A stretch of 63,969 bases of DNA, counting the filler, from Stramenopiles sp. TOSAG23-3 (taxonomy: Eukaryota): assembly GCA_900128585.1 (NCBI GenBank). It is 5 parts of 5 records of this genome, joined end to end, with 100 filler letters (N's around TTAATTAATTAA, not from the genome) between each part and the next. Parts side by side here need not be neighbours in the genome. Positions count along the whole stretch, not along the records: positions 26,266 to 39,293 come from LT642650.1; positions 39,394 to 52,384 come from LT642651.1; 3 more parts are not named here. One strand, written 5' to 3'. Below, piece by piece: positions 31,508 to 42,720 of the stretch; position 1 is the first letter of the stretch, and the number at the start of each line of letters is the position of its first letter. The notes beneath the pieces are model-generated. The model ran no database searches. It had not been told where the DNA came from and saw nothing but the letters and a program-made list of their open reading frames with translations. The position numbers were made by a program, and so were the translations under genes.

Positions 31508-33862
31508 ATGACGCTGTTTCATGTTTTTGAGCACCTGGGGCTTTGCACACTTGTTTTGTGCTTGGCATTGTTGTCTGCAGAGTCGAGGCGAAGTTCACCG
31601 AAAGCTTTGAAGACAAACGTAAAAATTCACCATGTTGAGAACGTAGTGGAACATTCCTCTCGTCACGTAGCGGCATTTTTTGTATATTTTGACCAGCCCA
31701 TATATTACAAACAGCCAATGTGTAAGGGCCATATATTTCCGGTAGGTTCTTCGAGGTACGGATTCCGCAAAAATATCGGTAATCTGCACGCGTACTTGCG
31801 GTGCTCTGGGGTAAGCAGTGTGGTGTCTAATCCAGAAAAGCAACATTTAAGCTTTACGCCTTTGCCCTCGAATGACCTTGCGGCGCTAACCAAGTGGTCG
31901 GTTCCTGTTATCGACCAACATGTACAAAACTTAGAAGGAAATATGCTTGTGTTTGTGTCTGAAATCAACGACGCGTTGCACATAGACAGCCCGGAAGACT
32001 TGGGCAGTTGCACGTTAAATTTGAGGGGTTGCGCCGCCTCAATAGGAATGCCTGGGGGTGGAATTGCCAATTTTCACGGCGACGAAACCGTGGGAATAAT
32101 TAACTTCCCCACCGAGGACACATCATTTGGGCAGCGGTTGATAATCATGGACCGGGATCTATTTTCTGTAAATAGCGAAGAGCACGCATTGGCGGAGTTG
32201 AAGACCTTGTCTGCGATTCATGGTGCAAATTTGATAGATAAAGTCCATAAAGGAACGTTGCAGAACGCAGCAGATGGCTGGATGGATCATATGAAGACAA
32301 TAATCACCCAGACAGTATGCCGCGTCAGCTTCAAACTCGTGGGCCCCCAAGGATGCGGCTTACGGGGCGGGGTGTACGCCGACCCTGTATTTATAGCGTC
32401 CGACCTAGCCGGAGAAGGTTTCAGAAAAGCAAATATGGTAGGGAAATCAGCCAAAATGTCGGCAGATAAAATGTCCCATAAAAGTAAACTTCTGGCTTCC
32501 CAAGAGGTTGCAAGCCAAGCAGCATTTCTAGAAACAGGTTTGGGGAGCAAGTGGAATATTTCCGGGTTTAATAGTACAGGTCAAGTCAATAGTCTCCTTA
32601 CTGGGCTGAAGAAAACGATGGAGAGTTCCGAGGGACGATTAGATAAAGTGTTAAGCTGCCTCGAAGACGGCGCGGCGTCTATGACAAAGTGGTCGAACAT
32701 TCTTATCGATTCCAACAGACTGTACCATGGGTATGGAGTGGCGACTGACAAATACACTCGATTGGTCGACAAAGGGCAGTACTGGAACCAAGAAGCGTTA
32801 GACGCTGTCGAAAAAGCAATGTATGGATTTGAGAGCACCGTGAATGCCATCGAGGAGGCTTTAAGTAAAGCGGAGAAACGCCTCCACGCTTGCAAAGGCA
32901 CTCTGCCCACCGAACGGTTCCTATTCCACAAGGTTGCTGAAAGTGCAAAACGCTTCAGGAAAAATAGCGTGTCAGATACAAGGAAAATCGAAGAAATAGT
33001 AGAGATGGAGAGCAAGCTTATGAAAAAGTGGAAAAAGGCGAACGCCATTGCCGAATGGGACAGAGCAGCAGTGCGGTCGTATCAGCAAGATGCGTCTCCA
33101 CCCATTACCCTGATGCAGTTAACGGATTCTGCGGGAATAGCGGCCTCTTTGGCGATCAACGCCAAAACGGCCTTAGCAATGCACACTCTCGTACAAGAAA
33201 GGGAGGAGTTGCACGCAAAAGGACTGGCAGAAGAGCGGGTAGAGAGCGACCAGTGGCAGGAGCTGCAGGAACAAAAGATAAATGTGCCCGGGGCCCCCAA
33301 CCCCTTGGGGGCAGAACAAAAGAAACTGGTAAAAGTTTTGTCACACACCCTAACGTTCGAGTTGGCAGAGCTGTTAACCCGGAAGATAGTGCCCCAATTA
33401 AATTCCGAATTGACCCAGGAACTAATCGACAAAATTGCCCGTATAGTACCAAAGAAAGTGGCCCACGACATTACAAGTGGGTTAACAGTAGGATTAGAAA
33501 CCACGGTATCGGCCCTGGTCCCCACAGTGACGAACCGGCTGCTGCCTATCGCGGCCTCGGCATCGATATTCAAAGGGCTTGTAAATATTTTGACAAGGGG
33601 CCTGACTCACACGTTAGCCCCGACGCTAACATACACCCTTTCTATGTCAAATGACGAGCGTGTGTACTGCCACCACTGTTATCATTTTGGAAACGGGTGC
33701 GAGCACTGTAAGCACACATCCCAACTCGACCGCAATTCGTTCTCAGCCCTGAACTATTACGCTAGTTATTACAGTGACTACTATTCCAGCTATTTTGCGG
33801 ATAGAGACATGGGCCATCAAGGGCCCAAGGATGGTTCAGGCGTGGTGCCCAACTTGCCCTGA
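31508..33862 (+). CDS. Secreted hypothetical protein with Cys/His cluster and Tyr-rich C-terminus
   Basis: 784-aa ATG ORF; hydrophobic leader LGLCTLVLCLALLSA; CHHCYHFGNGCEHC; YYASYYSDYYSSYF. Confidence 0.7.
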   Translation: MTLFHVFEHLGLCTLVLCLALLSAESRRSSPKALKTNVKIHHVENVVEHSSRHVAAFFVYFDQPIYYKQPMCKGHIFPVGSSRYGFRKNIGNLHAYLRCSGVSSVVSNPEKQHLSFTPLPSNDLAALTKWSVPVIDQHVQNLEGNMLVFVSEINDALHIDSPEDLGSCTLNLRGCAASIGMPGGGIANFHGDETVGIINFPTEDTSFGQRLIIMDRDLFSVNSEEHALAELKTLSAIHGANLIDKVHKGTLQNAADGWMDHMKTIITQTVCRVSFKLVGPQGCGLRGGVYADPVFIASDLAGEGFRKANMVGKSAKMSADKMSHKSKLLASQEVASQAAFLETGLGSKWNISGFNSTGQVNSLLTGLKKTMESSEGRLDKVLSCLEDGAASMTKWSNILIDSNRLYHGYGVATDKYTRLVDKGQYWNQEALDAVEKAMYGFESTVNAIEEALSKAEKRLHACKGTLPTERFLFHKVAESAKRFRKNSVSDTRKIEEIVEMESKLMKKWKKANAIAEWDRAAVRSYQQDASPPITLMQLTDSAGIAASLAINAKTALAMHTLVQEREELHAKGLAEERVESDQWQELQEQKINVPGAPNPLGAEQKKLVKVLSHTLTFELAELLTRKIVPQLNSELTQELIDKIARIVPKKVAHDITSGLTVGLETTVSALVPTVTNRLLPIAASASIFKGLVNILTRGLTHTLAPTLTYTLSMSNDERVYCHHCYHFGNGCEHCKHTSQLDRNSFSALNYYASYYSDYYSSYFADRDMGHQGPKDGSGVVPNLP

Positions 33863-34034
33863 AGTGTGCGGTGGGCGTTGCTTGCACAAACGAGACCGTG
33901 CTGAGGGGGATCGTGTGTGTGTCATAAAACAATCCATACTTATTATTGGACGTATTAAGAAAGGTGATACAAAATATCTAGATTCTTTAAAATATCGATT
34001 TTTGCAATTTTAGCTCTGTTTCACTTTAAGACCT

Positions 34035-35240
34035 TTATATATTTTTGGCCATGTATTTCGTGTACAGTTCCATGTTTCGCTTCAACAGTTCCGACACGGG
34101 GCCCATGACTCGCATGAACGTTTTTCTTCGGATGCACAGTACTTTGCAGTCCCCGACTGACACGACGGAAGCCGCACGCGGGCGGTTTGTGAGTAGTGCA
34201 ATTTCGCCGAAGTAATCCCCACTCCCTAAGGTGCACAGCTCCACTGGCTCCGACCCAGCGCTCGGCTGTTGCACACATTTAACTTGCCCTTTCTCGATAA
34301 GATAGAAAGTGTTTCCTGAATCGCCTTCCTTGATGATGAGGTCCCCATCTTTGTATTGTTGTTGCTCTAACGCTTCCGCAACCTCCATTCGCTCGTTATC
34401 TTTCAGGCTCTGCAGTATGGGAACGTTCTCCAAAAAGGCGGCATACTTCTCACGTTTCTCCGTAAAGGTTTGCATCAAAATGTATTTGAATGCCACCCGG
34501 TCCAGCGCCCACAGCCTACACGGCGTTGCGGCAACTACCGTTGCCGCTCTTGGAGCATTGTACATGAGCGCCAGCTCACCAAATGCATTGTGTTCTTCGG
34601 AGGTGCACGTCGCCACGTGATTCTCTTCTTCCCCCTTTTTGATAAATACATCGCACTTTCCCTCCTCGATCAGATAAAAATTGTCTCCTTCGGCTCCTTG
34701 TTTGATCAAGACGTCCCCAGCCGGAACGTCGACTTGAAATATTTCAAACAGCAACTTGTCAATCTGGGTGCTATCCAAATGAAGAAACAACACGTTTCGA
34801 TCTAAAACATCTAGTATACGCTTTTTTTCGTCGGCGGACTTCTTGGTACCCTGTGATTTTCTGTTCTGAAAGGCCAGCTGGGCTTTCTCGATTCCACCAG
34901 CAGCTGCACTGACGGACACCCGGCGACTTCGAGCCACGGGCATGGCTTTCGGTGGGAGTTCGACTAGTTCCCCAAAGTCGTCGTCCTCTTCGTCGCTGTC
35001 TAAATCGTCTTCGAAGTCCAAATCCGCTTTTGCTTCCTCCATGGAGAATTGTCCCGATGTGCTGACCCCGCCAGTCTCTTCTGGGTACTGTTTCAACAAG
35101 TACTCGACAACATGTTTGATGGGATTGTCCGGTTTGTCCAAGAGCAGATTTTCGACAATCTTTATAAACAAAGTGTTGATACCCTTTTTGTTCAGGTACT
35201 CCTGTAACTCAGCCTGGACGTCTTGTGCCCCTTGCGCCAT
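34035..35240 (-). CDS. PKAR: cAMP-dependent protein kinase regulatory subunit
   Basis: N-terminal dimerisation domain (YLNKKGI...DKPDNPIKHVVEYL), RRVSV inhibitor site, two cNMP domains FGELALMYNAPRAATV and FGEIALLTNRPRAASV. Confidence 0.95.
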   Translation of the reverse strand: MAQGAQDVQAELQEYLNKKGINTLFIKIVENLLLDKPDNPIKHVVEYLLKQYPEETGGVSTSGQFSMEEAKADLDFEDDLDSDEEDDDFGELVELPPKAMPVARSRRVSVSAAAGGIEKAQLAFQNRKSQGTKKSADEKKRILDVLDRNVLFLHLDSTQIDKLLFEIFQVDVPAGDVLIKQGAEGDNFYLIEEGKCDVFIKKGEEENHVATCTSEEHNAFGELALMYNAPRAATVVAATPCRLWALDRVAFKYILMQTFTEKREKYAAFLENVPILQSLKDNERMEVAEALEQQQYKDGDLIIKEGDSGNTFYLIEKGQVKCVQQPSAGSEPVELCTLGSGDYFGEIALLTNRPRAASVVSVGDCKVLCIRRKTFMRVMGPVSELLKRNMELYTKYMAKNI

Positions 35241-36374
35241 TGTTTTTCTTTCGTAGTGTCAAGGTTTTTACACTTGTGTACGATTCGTACAAAATAGATT
35301 TGGGTTTTTATGTGTATAAATCGTGACAACCAGCTATCTATTGCTTATTTCCCCAATTTTTACCACACTTACCTTTCCCCCGTAACGGGCCAACAGATGA
35401 AATGTGTACACATAGATTTCATTAGATGATAAAGATGATTGGGGAGAAGGAGTTTGTTGTTGTTATTGTTGTTATGTTGTTTCATCATTATTAGTAGACG
35501 ACTATTTGGCACTACTATTAGCCTAATTAATAATTAAAAACAAAAATAGATTGCTGGAATAGCATGGGTTTACAATAACGAAGAAGGAAAAACGGGTCCA
35601 TTTAAAAAAGTACTTCCATGTGAGAAAAGAATAATAGCCAAGTTGGTAGGTGGTAGGTACCTATTATACCTGTATTAATACCGGTAGCTGTACAACAATT
35701 ATTTATTTATTTTTAGATAAAAAATAATAAATTTATAAATAAATGGTTTCACAGAAGTCAAGGCCGGTACCCCGGCACAGCAGGGGCACACAATAAGAAG
35801 ATAAAGTAGAAATAAAAGCAACGGACTATTTTCCCTCTTTCTCTTTCCAAAAAAAAAACCAACAAAAATAAAATGAAAAACTGGTATTTAGGTATTTGTT
35901 GAGCGAGCAGTTTATAGACGCCAATATTTTAAGAATACACCTTCTCCAACCCTCTTCTTTGTGTCACTTTGTTCGTTTCATTCTGCCTCGTCATTCGTCT
36001 ACGAGGTAATTAGCTACTGTACCTACCTACCTACCTTACGGTAAGGAGATGGTGGTCTTCGTAGTACATCTAATGTAATAAAGATCGTTAATATAAATAA
36101 TATATTAAAATAAGAGAAGGAGTACGAGTAAAAATTGCTTTTTGCTCGAAAGACTTCAGACTTCAGACTTCCATCTATTGTAATGGTACGTCCTCGTACT
36201 CATCGTATTTCCTCTTTTGTTGTGTGGATTTTTTGTTATATATTTGCTTCTTCCTTGTACTGTAGTTAATTCGATCTTCCTATATAAAAATTAAGTAAAA
36301 TAATATAAAATATATTCATTTTACCGTATGCATATTTTTATCATTTATTAAAAATAAACAAATTATATCATTTA

Positions 36375-38453
36375 TTAATGGATTGACTTTGACGTTTTTT
36401 TAGTAGGGTTGTACCACTGGTTGTGGCCTTGGAACGTGGGTTTGATCCTTGGCACTTGGCGCCCAAGCAACAAGTTCGAAAATTCACTGTAACCCAACTG
36501 ACCATTGTTGTCAGCATCGTAGGCCTTGAAAAGCGCGTCAGCGTCGCTGTTGCGATAGTTCAAATTGGCAAGAGCAGCACGGAACTCGGACAAAGACAGA
36601 AACCCGCTCCCGTCCGTGTCGTAGCGTTTCATAAGTTTTTCAAGTTCTCTACTTTTGCGGTTGATGCTGGTGGAAAAGTTGGCCATGCTTTCTACTTTAT
36701 TCCGCAAACTTTCTTCTAGGACCATGAGATTCCCGTTGGTATCGCCCCGGGTCGCCTCCTCGATCGCACTCTGCATGCTCGCGCCACTGGCGTTCCCCCT
36801 CGCGCCGGTCTCGGGGGCCCTTCCCTGCCCATCCCCATACACTGCCGCGATAAATTCGTCTATGGAAATCTTTCCATCCGAGCTCGAGTCAAACCTTTCA
36901 AAGAGCATGTCGCAGTCGGCGCCGAAGCAAGCGAAGCTCCCCATGGCGGTAAAAAACTCATCCTTCGAAATGAACCCACTTTTGTCAAGGTCATAACCTG
37001 AAAACATATGTTTCAGCGCACGCTGTTGGTCCCTCATGGTGCCGTAGTTGGACGCCGTCTCGATCTTTCGGCGAATCCCTTCTTGCAACCGGAGGAGTCG
37101 CTCCTGGGGGTTGGTGTACTTGTGCCCCGGCTGGTCTGAGGCTTCGCCGCGCCGGTTGGCGGGGTTGGGCTTCTGCTCGATGCTCAGCACCTTTGCGTAG
37201 TAGCCTCGGGTAAAATCGTTACAGGCAACAATGCCCACTTCCCTGCCAAACATAACGAGCGTGTTCCCTACCAACAGGTCCCGCGGCCCGTAGAACTTGG
37301 CGGGGGCGCTGGTGAAAGACGCCACGCCGGAGCCGTGCTGCGCTTCTGGGACCGCAAGCCTTCCGCGGTTGATGCGGAACCTCGAGGTGAGGTCTCTCCC
37401 CGAGTTCATCCCCGTCATTTCGTTCACTTCAATGGTGTCGTCTACAAGAAAGTACTTTATCTTTAGTTTCCTAACCCCCCCTTGCAAATCGGAGTTGTCG
37501 TCCCACGCGCCGATGAACTCTAGTACCTTCCCGTCCATGTTCAAGAATTGGCTGTGGTCCGCCCGCTCGCCCCGGCCTTTTTTCTGGACAGGGCGAACGA
37601 GGTCGTTCCCCATGCCCGGCTCGAAGGCGCGGCGAGCCGGGACGTTAGGGAGTTTCATCGGCTGGGCCATGATAATGTCCGAGAACTCGTTCGCAAAGTA
37701 CTCGCGGGTTGCCCTTTCCGCGTCGTTGATGACGAACTGGCGACCGTTCACCCTCATCCTCTTGCCCACGGCAAAGTCCCCGGGCATGTAGCATTCTCCC
37801 GTGCTCTTCAGCAGTTTCGTGCGCTTCATGAAGCAGCCTTGGGGGGTGCCACTGTTCTGGGTCCTGATCTCAATGATCTCCACCGATTTATCCTGCATGT
37901 AGTATGAGATGACAAACTTTCGAATGTCGAAGCCTTCGCCTTCGGAGTCGAACCAGGGCTCTTTGAAGTATGCGTTGAACCTCAGCACGATCTTGTCGTA
38001 CTTCAGCCAGGTTGGGACAGCCGCCGGGACGGCGGCTTTCCTCGGCCCGAACCGCTGCACCTTCATGGTGTCGCTTACGTCGGTCGATTTTAGCGCGGCC
38101 GGGGCGTTGCTCCCGAGTTGATTGCTCATCTTGTCGTTTTGCAGCTGAAGCTCCTTCAGCTGGTTGTCCAGCTCCAAGCGCTTTCGTAGGGCGGCCTCGC
38201 GTTCACGCTCGTACTTTAGCAGCCGCTCCCTCTCTTGAATTTCCTTGGTGATGTCGTCCATTTCCTGCTCTGGCTTGGGCCGGGAGGCCAAAACCTTTTG
38301 TTGATGCTCCATCTTTTTCTTCAAATCGAGCAAATCTGAACCGACCAGCGTGGACGCGCCCATACGACGACCCTCGGCAACGCGGCCCGAACTGTAACGG
38401 CCGCGGACGGGGGGGGCAGGCCCACCGATATTGGCAGCGTTGGCAGCGTTCAT
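36375..38453 (-). CDS. DM10-domain + EF-hand axonemal protein (EFHC/Rib72-like)
   Basis: WLKYDKIVLRFNAYFKE...ISYYMQDKSVEIIE...NSGTPQG; DGKVLEF...YFLVDDTIEV...NSGRD...CNDFTRGYY; four EF-hand loops. Confidence 0.8.
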   Translation of the reverse strand: MNAANAANIGGPAPPVRGRYSSGRVAEGRRMGASTLVGSDLLDLKKKMEHQQKVLASRPKPEQEMDDITKEIQERERLLKYEREREAALRKRLELDNQLKELQLQNDKMSNQLGSNAPAALKSTDVSDTMKVQRFGPRKAAVPAAVPTWLKYDKIVLRFNAYFKEPWFDSEGEGFDIRKFVISYYMQDKSVEIIEIRTQNSGTPQGCFMKRTKLLKSTGECYMPGDFAVGKRMRVNGRQFVINDAERATREYFANEFSDIIMAQPMKLPNVPARRAFEPGMGNDLVRPVQKKGRGERADHSQFLNMDGKVLEFIGAWDDNSDLQGGVRKLKIKYFLVDDTIEVNEMTGMNSGRDLTSRFRINRGRLAVPEAQHGSGVASFTSAPAKFYGPRDLLVGNTLVMFGREVGIVACNDFTRGYYAKVLSIEQKPNPANRRGEASDQPGHKYTNPQERLLRLQEGIRRKIETASNYGTMRDQQRALKHMFSGYDLDKSGFISKDEFFTAMGSFACFGADCDMLFERFDSSSDGKISIDEFIAAVYGDGQGRAPETGARGNASGASMQSAIEEATRGDTNGNLMVLEESLRNKVESMANFSTSINRKSRELEKLMKRYDTDGSGFLSLSEFRAALANLNYRNSDADALFKAYDADNNGQLGYSEFSNLLLGRQVPRIKPTFQGHNQWYNPTKKTSKSIH

Positions 38454-39293
38454 GTTCTTTTACTTTTGGGTACGCACGTGTTTATAAAAAGTAAAGGCTG
38501 GAATGTCTTTCTCTGCGTTTAATAATGTCTATCTATGTGTATGTTCGCAATTGAGTGAATGACACTCTTTTGTGATATTTCCCCCCTTGTGTTGTCATTC
38601 TATTTCATTTGGATGACGTGCATATATATTCGTTTTTTCTTTTTTTTTGAAAAAATGGAAGAGAAGAAGAAAAACATAAAATAATAATAATATAGAAATA
38701 ACATTGAAACCGTTAATAATTTTCAATTTTATTTTTATCTACTATATTATTATTTTATTTTATTATTGTACAGTATATTATTATTTATTATTATTATTAT
38801 GGAAGGAAGATGACAATTGTAATAAGTATAAAATAAGAATACATAACTAAATAGAACAAACATATATCAAAGTCTCCAATTGCTGCTTTTACTACAGTTC
38901 TTGATCGCACTGCATTTCCTAGACTACGCCAATGGAAGTGCGGACAGTCTAAATTCAGTTATAAATTATGAAAGCCCAAAAAAATATTCAGTCTCTGTTC
39001 TCTGTTCTCTGTCTTATTTTGCTCATTTTGGACATTTGCCCGTACAGATATTTTATTTAATTGTAATTTGATGTTATAAGCTAACTATATAGATAATAAT
39101 AATATTAATGGCCAATTTAAGTTACAAAATGTACATCTCATCGCCAAATGCAGAAGCTGTTTTTTTTTTAGCAGCTTCTTCCATAGTACCTCATCATATT
39201 TTCTGTTGATACAATTTAAGAAATAATATTTGTATTTATATATCTTAAATTAGTATACTTTAAAGTATTTTATTTATTTATTCAAGTCTTTTT

Positions 39294-39393
39294 NNNNNNN
39301 NNNNNNNNNNNNNNNNNNNNNNNNNNNNNNNNNNNNNTTAATTAATTAANNNNNNNNNNNNNNNNNNNNNNNNNNNNNNNNNNNNNNNNNNNN
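39294..39393. other. Artificial contig-joining spacer
   Basis: 44N-TTAATTAATTAA-44N. Confidence 0.95.
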
Positions 39394-41181
39394 TCCGTGC
39401 GGGCCCTTGCGACGGACGAAGAGTATGCGAAGACGAAACAGAGCGTCGGCGAGTTTGTGAAACCGGGGGGGAAGGGGGAAGTCCTGCAGCGGCGCTTGGA
39501 GCAACGGGCGCGCGACTACGGCGATAGCAGCTGGCTTCAGCACTGGTGGAACGCGGGAAGCTACCTGGAATTCCGCATGGCGAACGTCATCAACGTCAGC
39601 TACTTCTTCTCGTTCGCGGACTTGCCGGCGGGGTTTCGGGGCAAGCAGGTCCTGCGGGCGTCCTTGCTTGCGCACGGGGCGCTGAAGTTCCGCCAGGCCG
39701 TGTGCCGGGGGGACGACGTCAACGCTGGGAAAATTCCCGGGAGCATCGGGCCGGGCTGCGCGACGCCGTACAAATACATGTTCAACGCGTGCCGTATCCC
39801 GCTTCCAGGGAGCGACAAAGGGCTGCATTACAGCCCCCACGTCCCGGAGTACCAGAAAATTGTAGTGATTAGAAAGGGCCAGTTCTTCACCTTCCAAGCG
39901 TGCGAGGGCGCCGCGGGGGGGTGGGAGCCGTACGGCCCGAAACGGCTTGCAACCCAGCTCAGCGCCGTGCTGAAGATGGCCGAAAACAGCGCCGACTACC
40001 CGCCTGTCGGCGCGATGGCGGGGGCAGACAGGGACGCGTGGAGTGCGGCGAGGGCCCGCATGAGCGCCGACGCGGGAAACAGGGAGTTTTTGGACGCCGT
40101 GCAAAGTGCGATATTCTGCGTGTGCCTCGACGACACTGCGCCGGTCACCCGGACGGACACGGGGCGGGCGCTATGGCACGGGGATTCCAGGCAGCGGTGG
40201 TACGACAAGTCCATCCAAATCATCGTTTTTGAGAATGGGAAGGCGGGGTTGATGGGAGAGCACTCGAACTACGACGGGATGCCCGCGGTCGGGCTGTCGG
40301 ACTTTATTCTTAACCACGAGCGCGAGGTGCTGGCGCGGTACGAAGAAGGGGCCCCAGGCAACCCTCAGCTTGGCCGGGGGGGCGGGGGGGCGGCAAGCAC
40401 CGCCCCCATGGAAGGGTCGAACGGGGGGATCCCCCCCCGGAACATCAGCCAGCTTCTGAACCTGTCCAAGGCAAGCGCCTGGGACTTGGGGAACGCGATC
40501 GCGGAGTTCAACCAGCTCATCGGGAAGCACGACCTGCAAGTGTTCCCCTACCACGGGGTCGGGAGCACGAGGATCAAGTCGTTGGGGTGCAGCCCGGACG
40601 CGTTCGCCCAGATGTCCATCCAGCTGGCGTACAAACGAATGTTCGGGGTGTGCCGTGCGACGTACGAGCCCTTTTCGATGCGACAGTACCGCCACGGTCG
40701 GACCGAGACGGTGCGGTCGGTCTCCATCGAGTCCCAGGCGTTCGTGGCGGCGATGGACGATCGTAGCGTTGGGGGCCGCACCCGCGCGGAAGCCCTTCGC
40801 GCCGCGTGCAGCGCCCACAGCGCCTATTCGAAAAAGGCGCGGACCGCATCGGTCTGCGACCGGCACCTCATGGGCCTGAGCATGCTCGTCGGCCCCAGCG
40901 AGGAGACGCCCAGCCTGTTCACGGACCCCATGTACTGGAAGTCCAAGACGTGGCACGTCTCGACGAGCAATCTAAGCAACGAACTCTTTGATGGTTGGGG
41001 CTGGGGGGAAGTCGTCCCTGACGGTATCGGTGTTGCCTACAGCACCAACAAGGACGTTCTTCTCTTTAACGTGACCAGCGCGCGGGGGTTTGCCGCCCCA
41101 TTTTGCCAATTCTTGGAAGACGCAGTCAAGGACATGGTCAACACGTTGGAAAGGGCGGAGCTCGGAAAAAGCAAACTCTAA
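39394..41181 (+). CDS. CRAT: Carnitine O-acetyltransferase (5'-truncated) with PTS1 SKL
   Basis: RWYDKS, GEHSNYDG (catalytic His), SPDAFAQMSIQLAY, TYE...GRTETVRS, DRHLMGL, STS, PDGIGVAY; ends GKSKL. Confidence 0.88.
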   Translation, partial: SVRALATDEEYAKTKQSVGEFVKPGGKGEVLQRRLEQRARDYGDSSWLQHWWNAGSYLEFRMANVINVSYFFSFADLPAGFRGKQVLRASLLAHGALKFRQAVCRGDDVNAGKIPGSIGPGCATPYKYMFNACRIPLPGSDKGLHYSPHVPEYQKIVVIRKGQFFTFQACEGAAGGWEPYGPKRLATQLSAVLKMAENSADYPPVGAMAGADRDAWSAARARMSADAGNREFLDAVQSAIFCVCLDDTAPVTRTDTGRALWHGDSRQRWYDKSIQIIVFENGKAGLMGEHSNYDGMPAVGLSDFILNHEREVLARYEEGAPGNPQLGRGGGGAASTAPMEGSNGGIPPRNISQLLNLSKASAWDLGNAIAEFNQLIGKHDLQVFPYHGVGSTRIKSLGCSPDAFAQMSIQLAYKRMFGVCRATYEPFSMRQYRHGRTETVRSVSIESQAFVAAMDDRSVGGRTRAEALRAACSAHSAYSKKARTASVCDRHLMGLSMLVGPSEETPSLFTDPMYWKSKTWHVSTSNLSNELFDGWGWGEVVPDGIGVAYSTNKDVLLFNVTSARGFAAPFCQFLEDAVKDMVNTLERAELGKSKL

Positions 41182-41749
41182 TGTTTACCTGCATTGGTCG
41201 ATTTGTGTTGTTCACTACTTCGTATTTATATGTATAGTCAATTAATGCATTTTACATTATTTAATTCAAGTCTGTTTGGGAAGAACGAAAGAGGAAGACA
41301 AAAGTAGAGAATTGAAGATGAAGAAAATTAAAAGGGGGGGATCTTAGAATACGAATTAAGTACATCTATATTTACAAATTATACTCATTGTATACCATTG
41401 TAATATTAATTATTCATAGGGAAAAGTTTTGGTTTAACTGCTTTTTTTTGCCTTCTTCTCGGTTGTTTCAATCCTTCTTTTTTTTTTATCGATCTATCTT
41501 CCAATAACAATAAGCAATAAGCAATGTGTTCGAACAGGAACGAAAATGAAACGGAGGGAACTGGTGGTCGAGGCAATGCGACAGTGAACTAAGCCAAGAA
41601 AGGATTGCATTCTTCTGGAATTGATCATTCTTGTATTGATAGTTACTGATCGCGTCTTTCAAAACGGTTGGGTTAGTTTGTAAATAAAATACACATTTCG
41701 TAGAACTACCTACCTGGACGGCCGGCTCGAGAAGTAGTAGTAGTAGAAA

Positions 41750-42316
41750 ATGTTTTGTGGTAATAATAGTGTGGCGTCGTTGTTTGTCGTGTTAGTAGTT
41801 ATCAACGTGTGTGTAGTGCTAGGAATGGAACCGAACGTCATACCAGAGGCGCCGGCGGAGAACGCTCCCGACAGGCGTGACTCTCCGCCGCTCCCCCTTC
41901 CCCCACTGGTCAAAACCAACAAACGTTTTTTCCGTCCTCCCCCAAGGACATTTGTTGAACGGAGCAAAGGCCTGCCGCCTTTGCCTGAAATGCCAAAGGG
42001 TTCTCCTTCCCCGGACATTAAAAAAAAACTGGGTGGGGCCGTTGAAGACGAGAACTATGACGTAGAGAAGGGCAAAAAGATCATTAGACCGCCCGTACAT
42101 TTGAAGTTTGACGTGGACCCCCCGGAGAGGCTAGCGCTGGAAGACGACCAACGGAAAGTTTCGTACGAAACGGAGCATAAGCTGATCAGCGACGCGTTAA
42201 AGGAGGAGAAGAAAGATTACGAGAAGAGCGTGGGGAAATCGAAGGACCAGGAAATGCTTGTGAAGAACGACGTGGACCACGTGGAGAAAAATACGAATGC
42301 GAAGCGTACCGATTGA
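41750..42316 (+). CDS. Small secreted or membrane Pro/Lys/Glu-rich hypothetical protein
   Basis: 188-aa ATG ORF; hydrophobic leader VASLFVVLVVINVCVVLG. Confidence 0.6.
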   Translation: MFCGNNSVASLFVVLVVINVCVVLGMEPNVIPEAPAENAPDRRDSPPLPLPPLVKTNKRFFRPPPRTFVERSKGLPPLPEMPKGSPSPDIKKKLGGAVEDENYDVEKGKKIIRPPVHLKFDVDPPERLALEDDQRKVSYETEHKLISDALKEEKKDYEKSVGKSKDQEMLVKNDVDHVEKNTNAKRTD

Positions 42317-42720
42317 GGGAGGCTATGTACATATTTGTACTTGTAAATTTTATTGCCTATATGTTTTATACGGTAACGTTTTAATGACATGATTCAGCCG
42401 GGAAGAGTATTCTTTCCTCTATTAAGGGAGGGGGTTGTTGTTGGCCTTGCACTCTTCCTTTGCTTAGTCTTCAGATGATGATAAATACCTTATCATAAGA
42501 ACACACGAAAGTATATCTAATATTGCATTTTTTTAGGAACTTTTGGATTTATAAATGCTTTCAATACAAAATTTAGGGAGAGCTCGGGAGAGTGTTAATT
42601 TAAAGACATAATCTTTTGCGTGGGTGTTTACTTTCGTGCAGGACTCCAGTACTTCCACACAGTTCTCTTTCCTCCCCCCCGCTTGGCCCCTTTGCATTGA
42701 CGGCGTGTCGCGCGGCGCGC

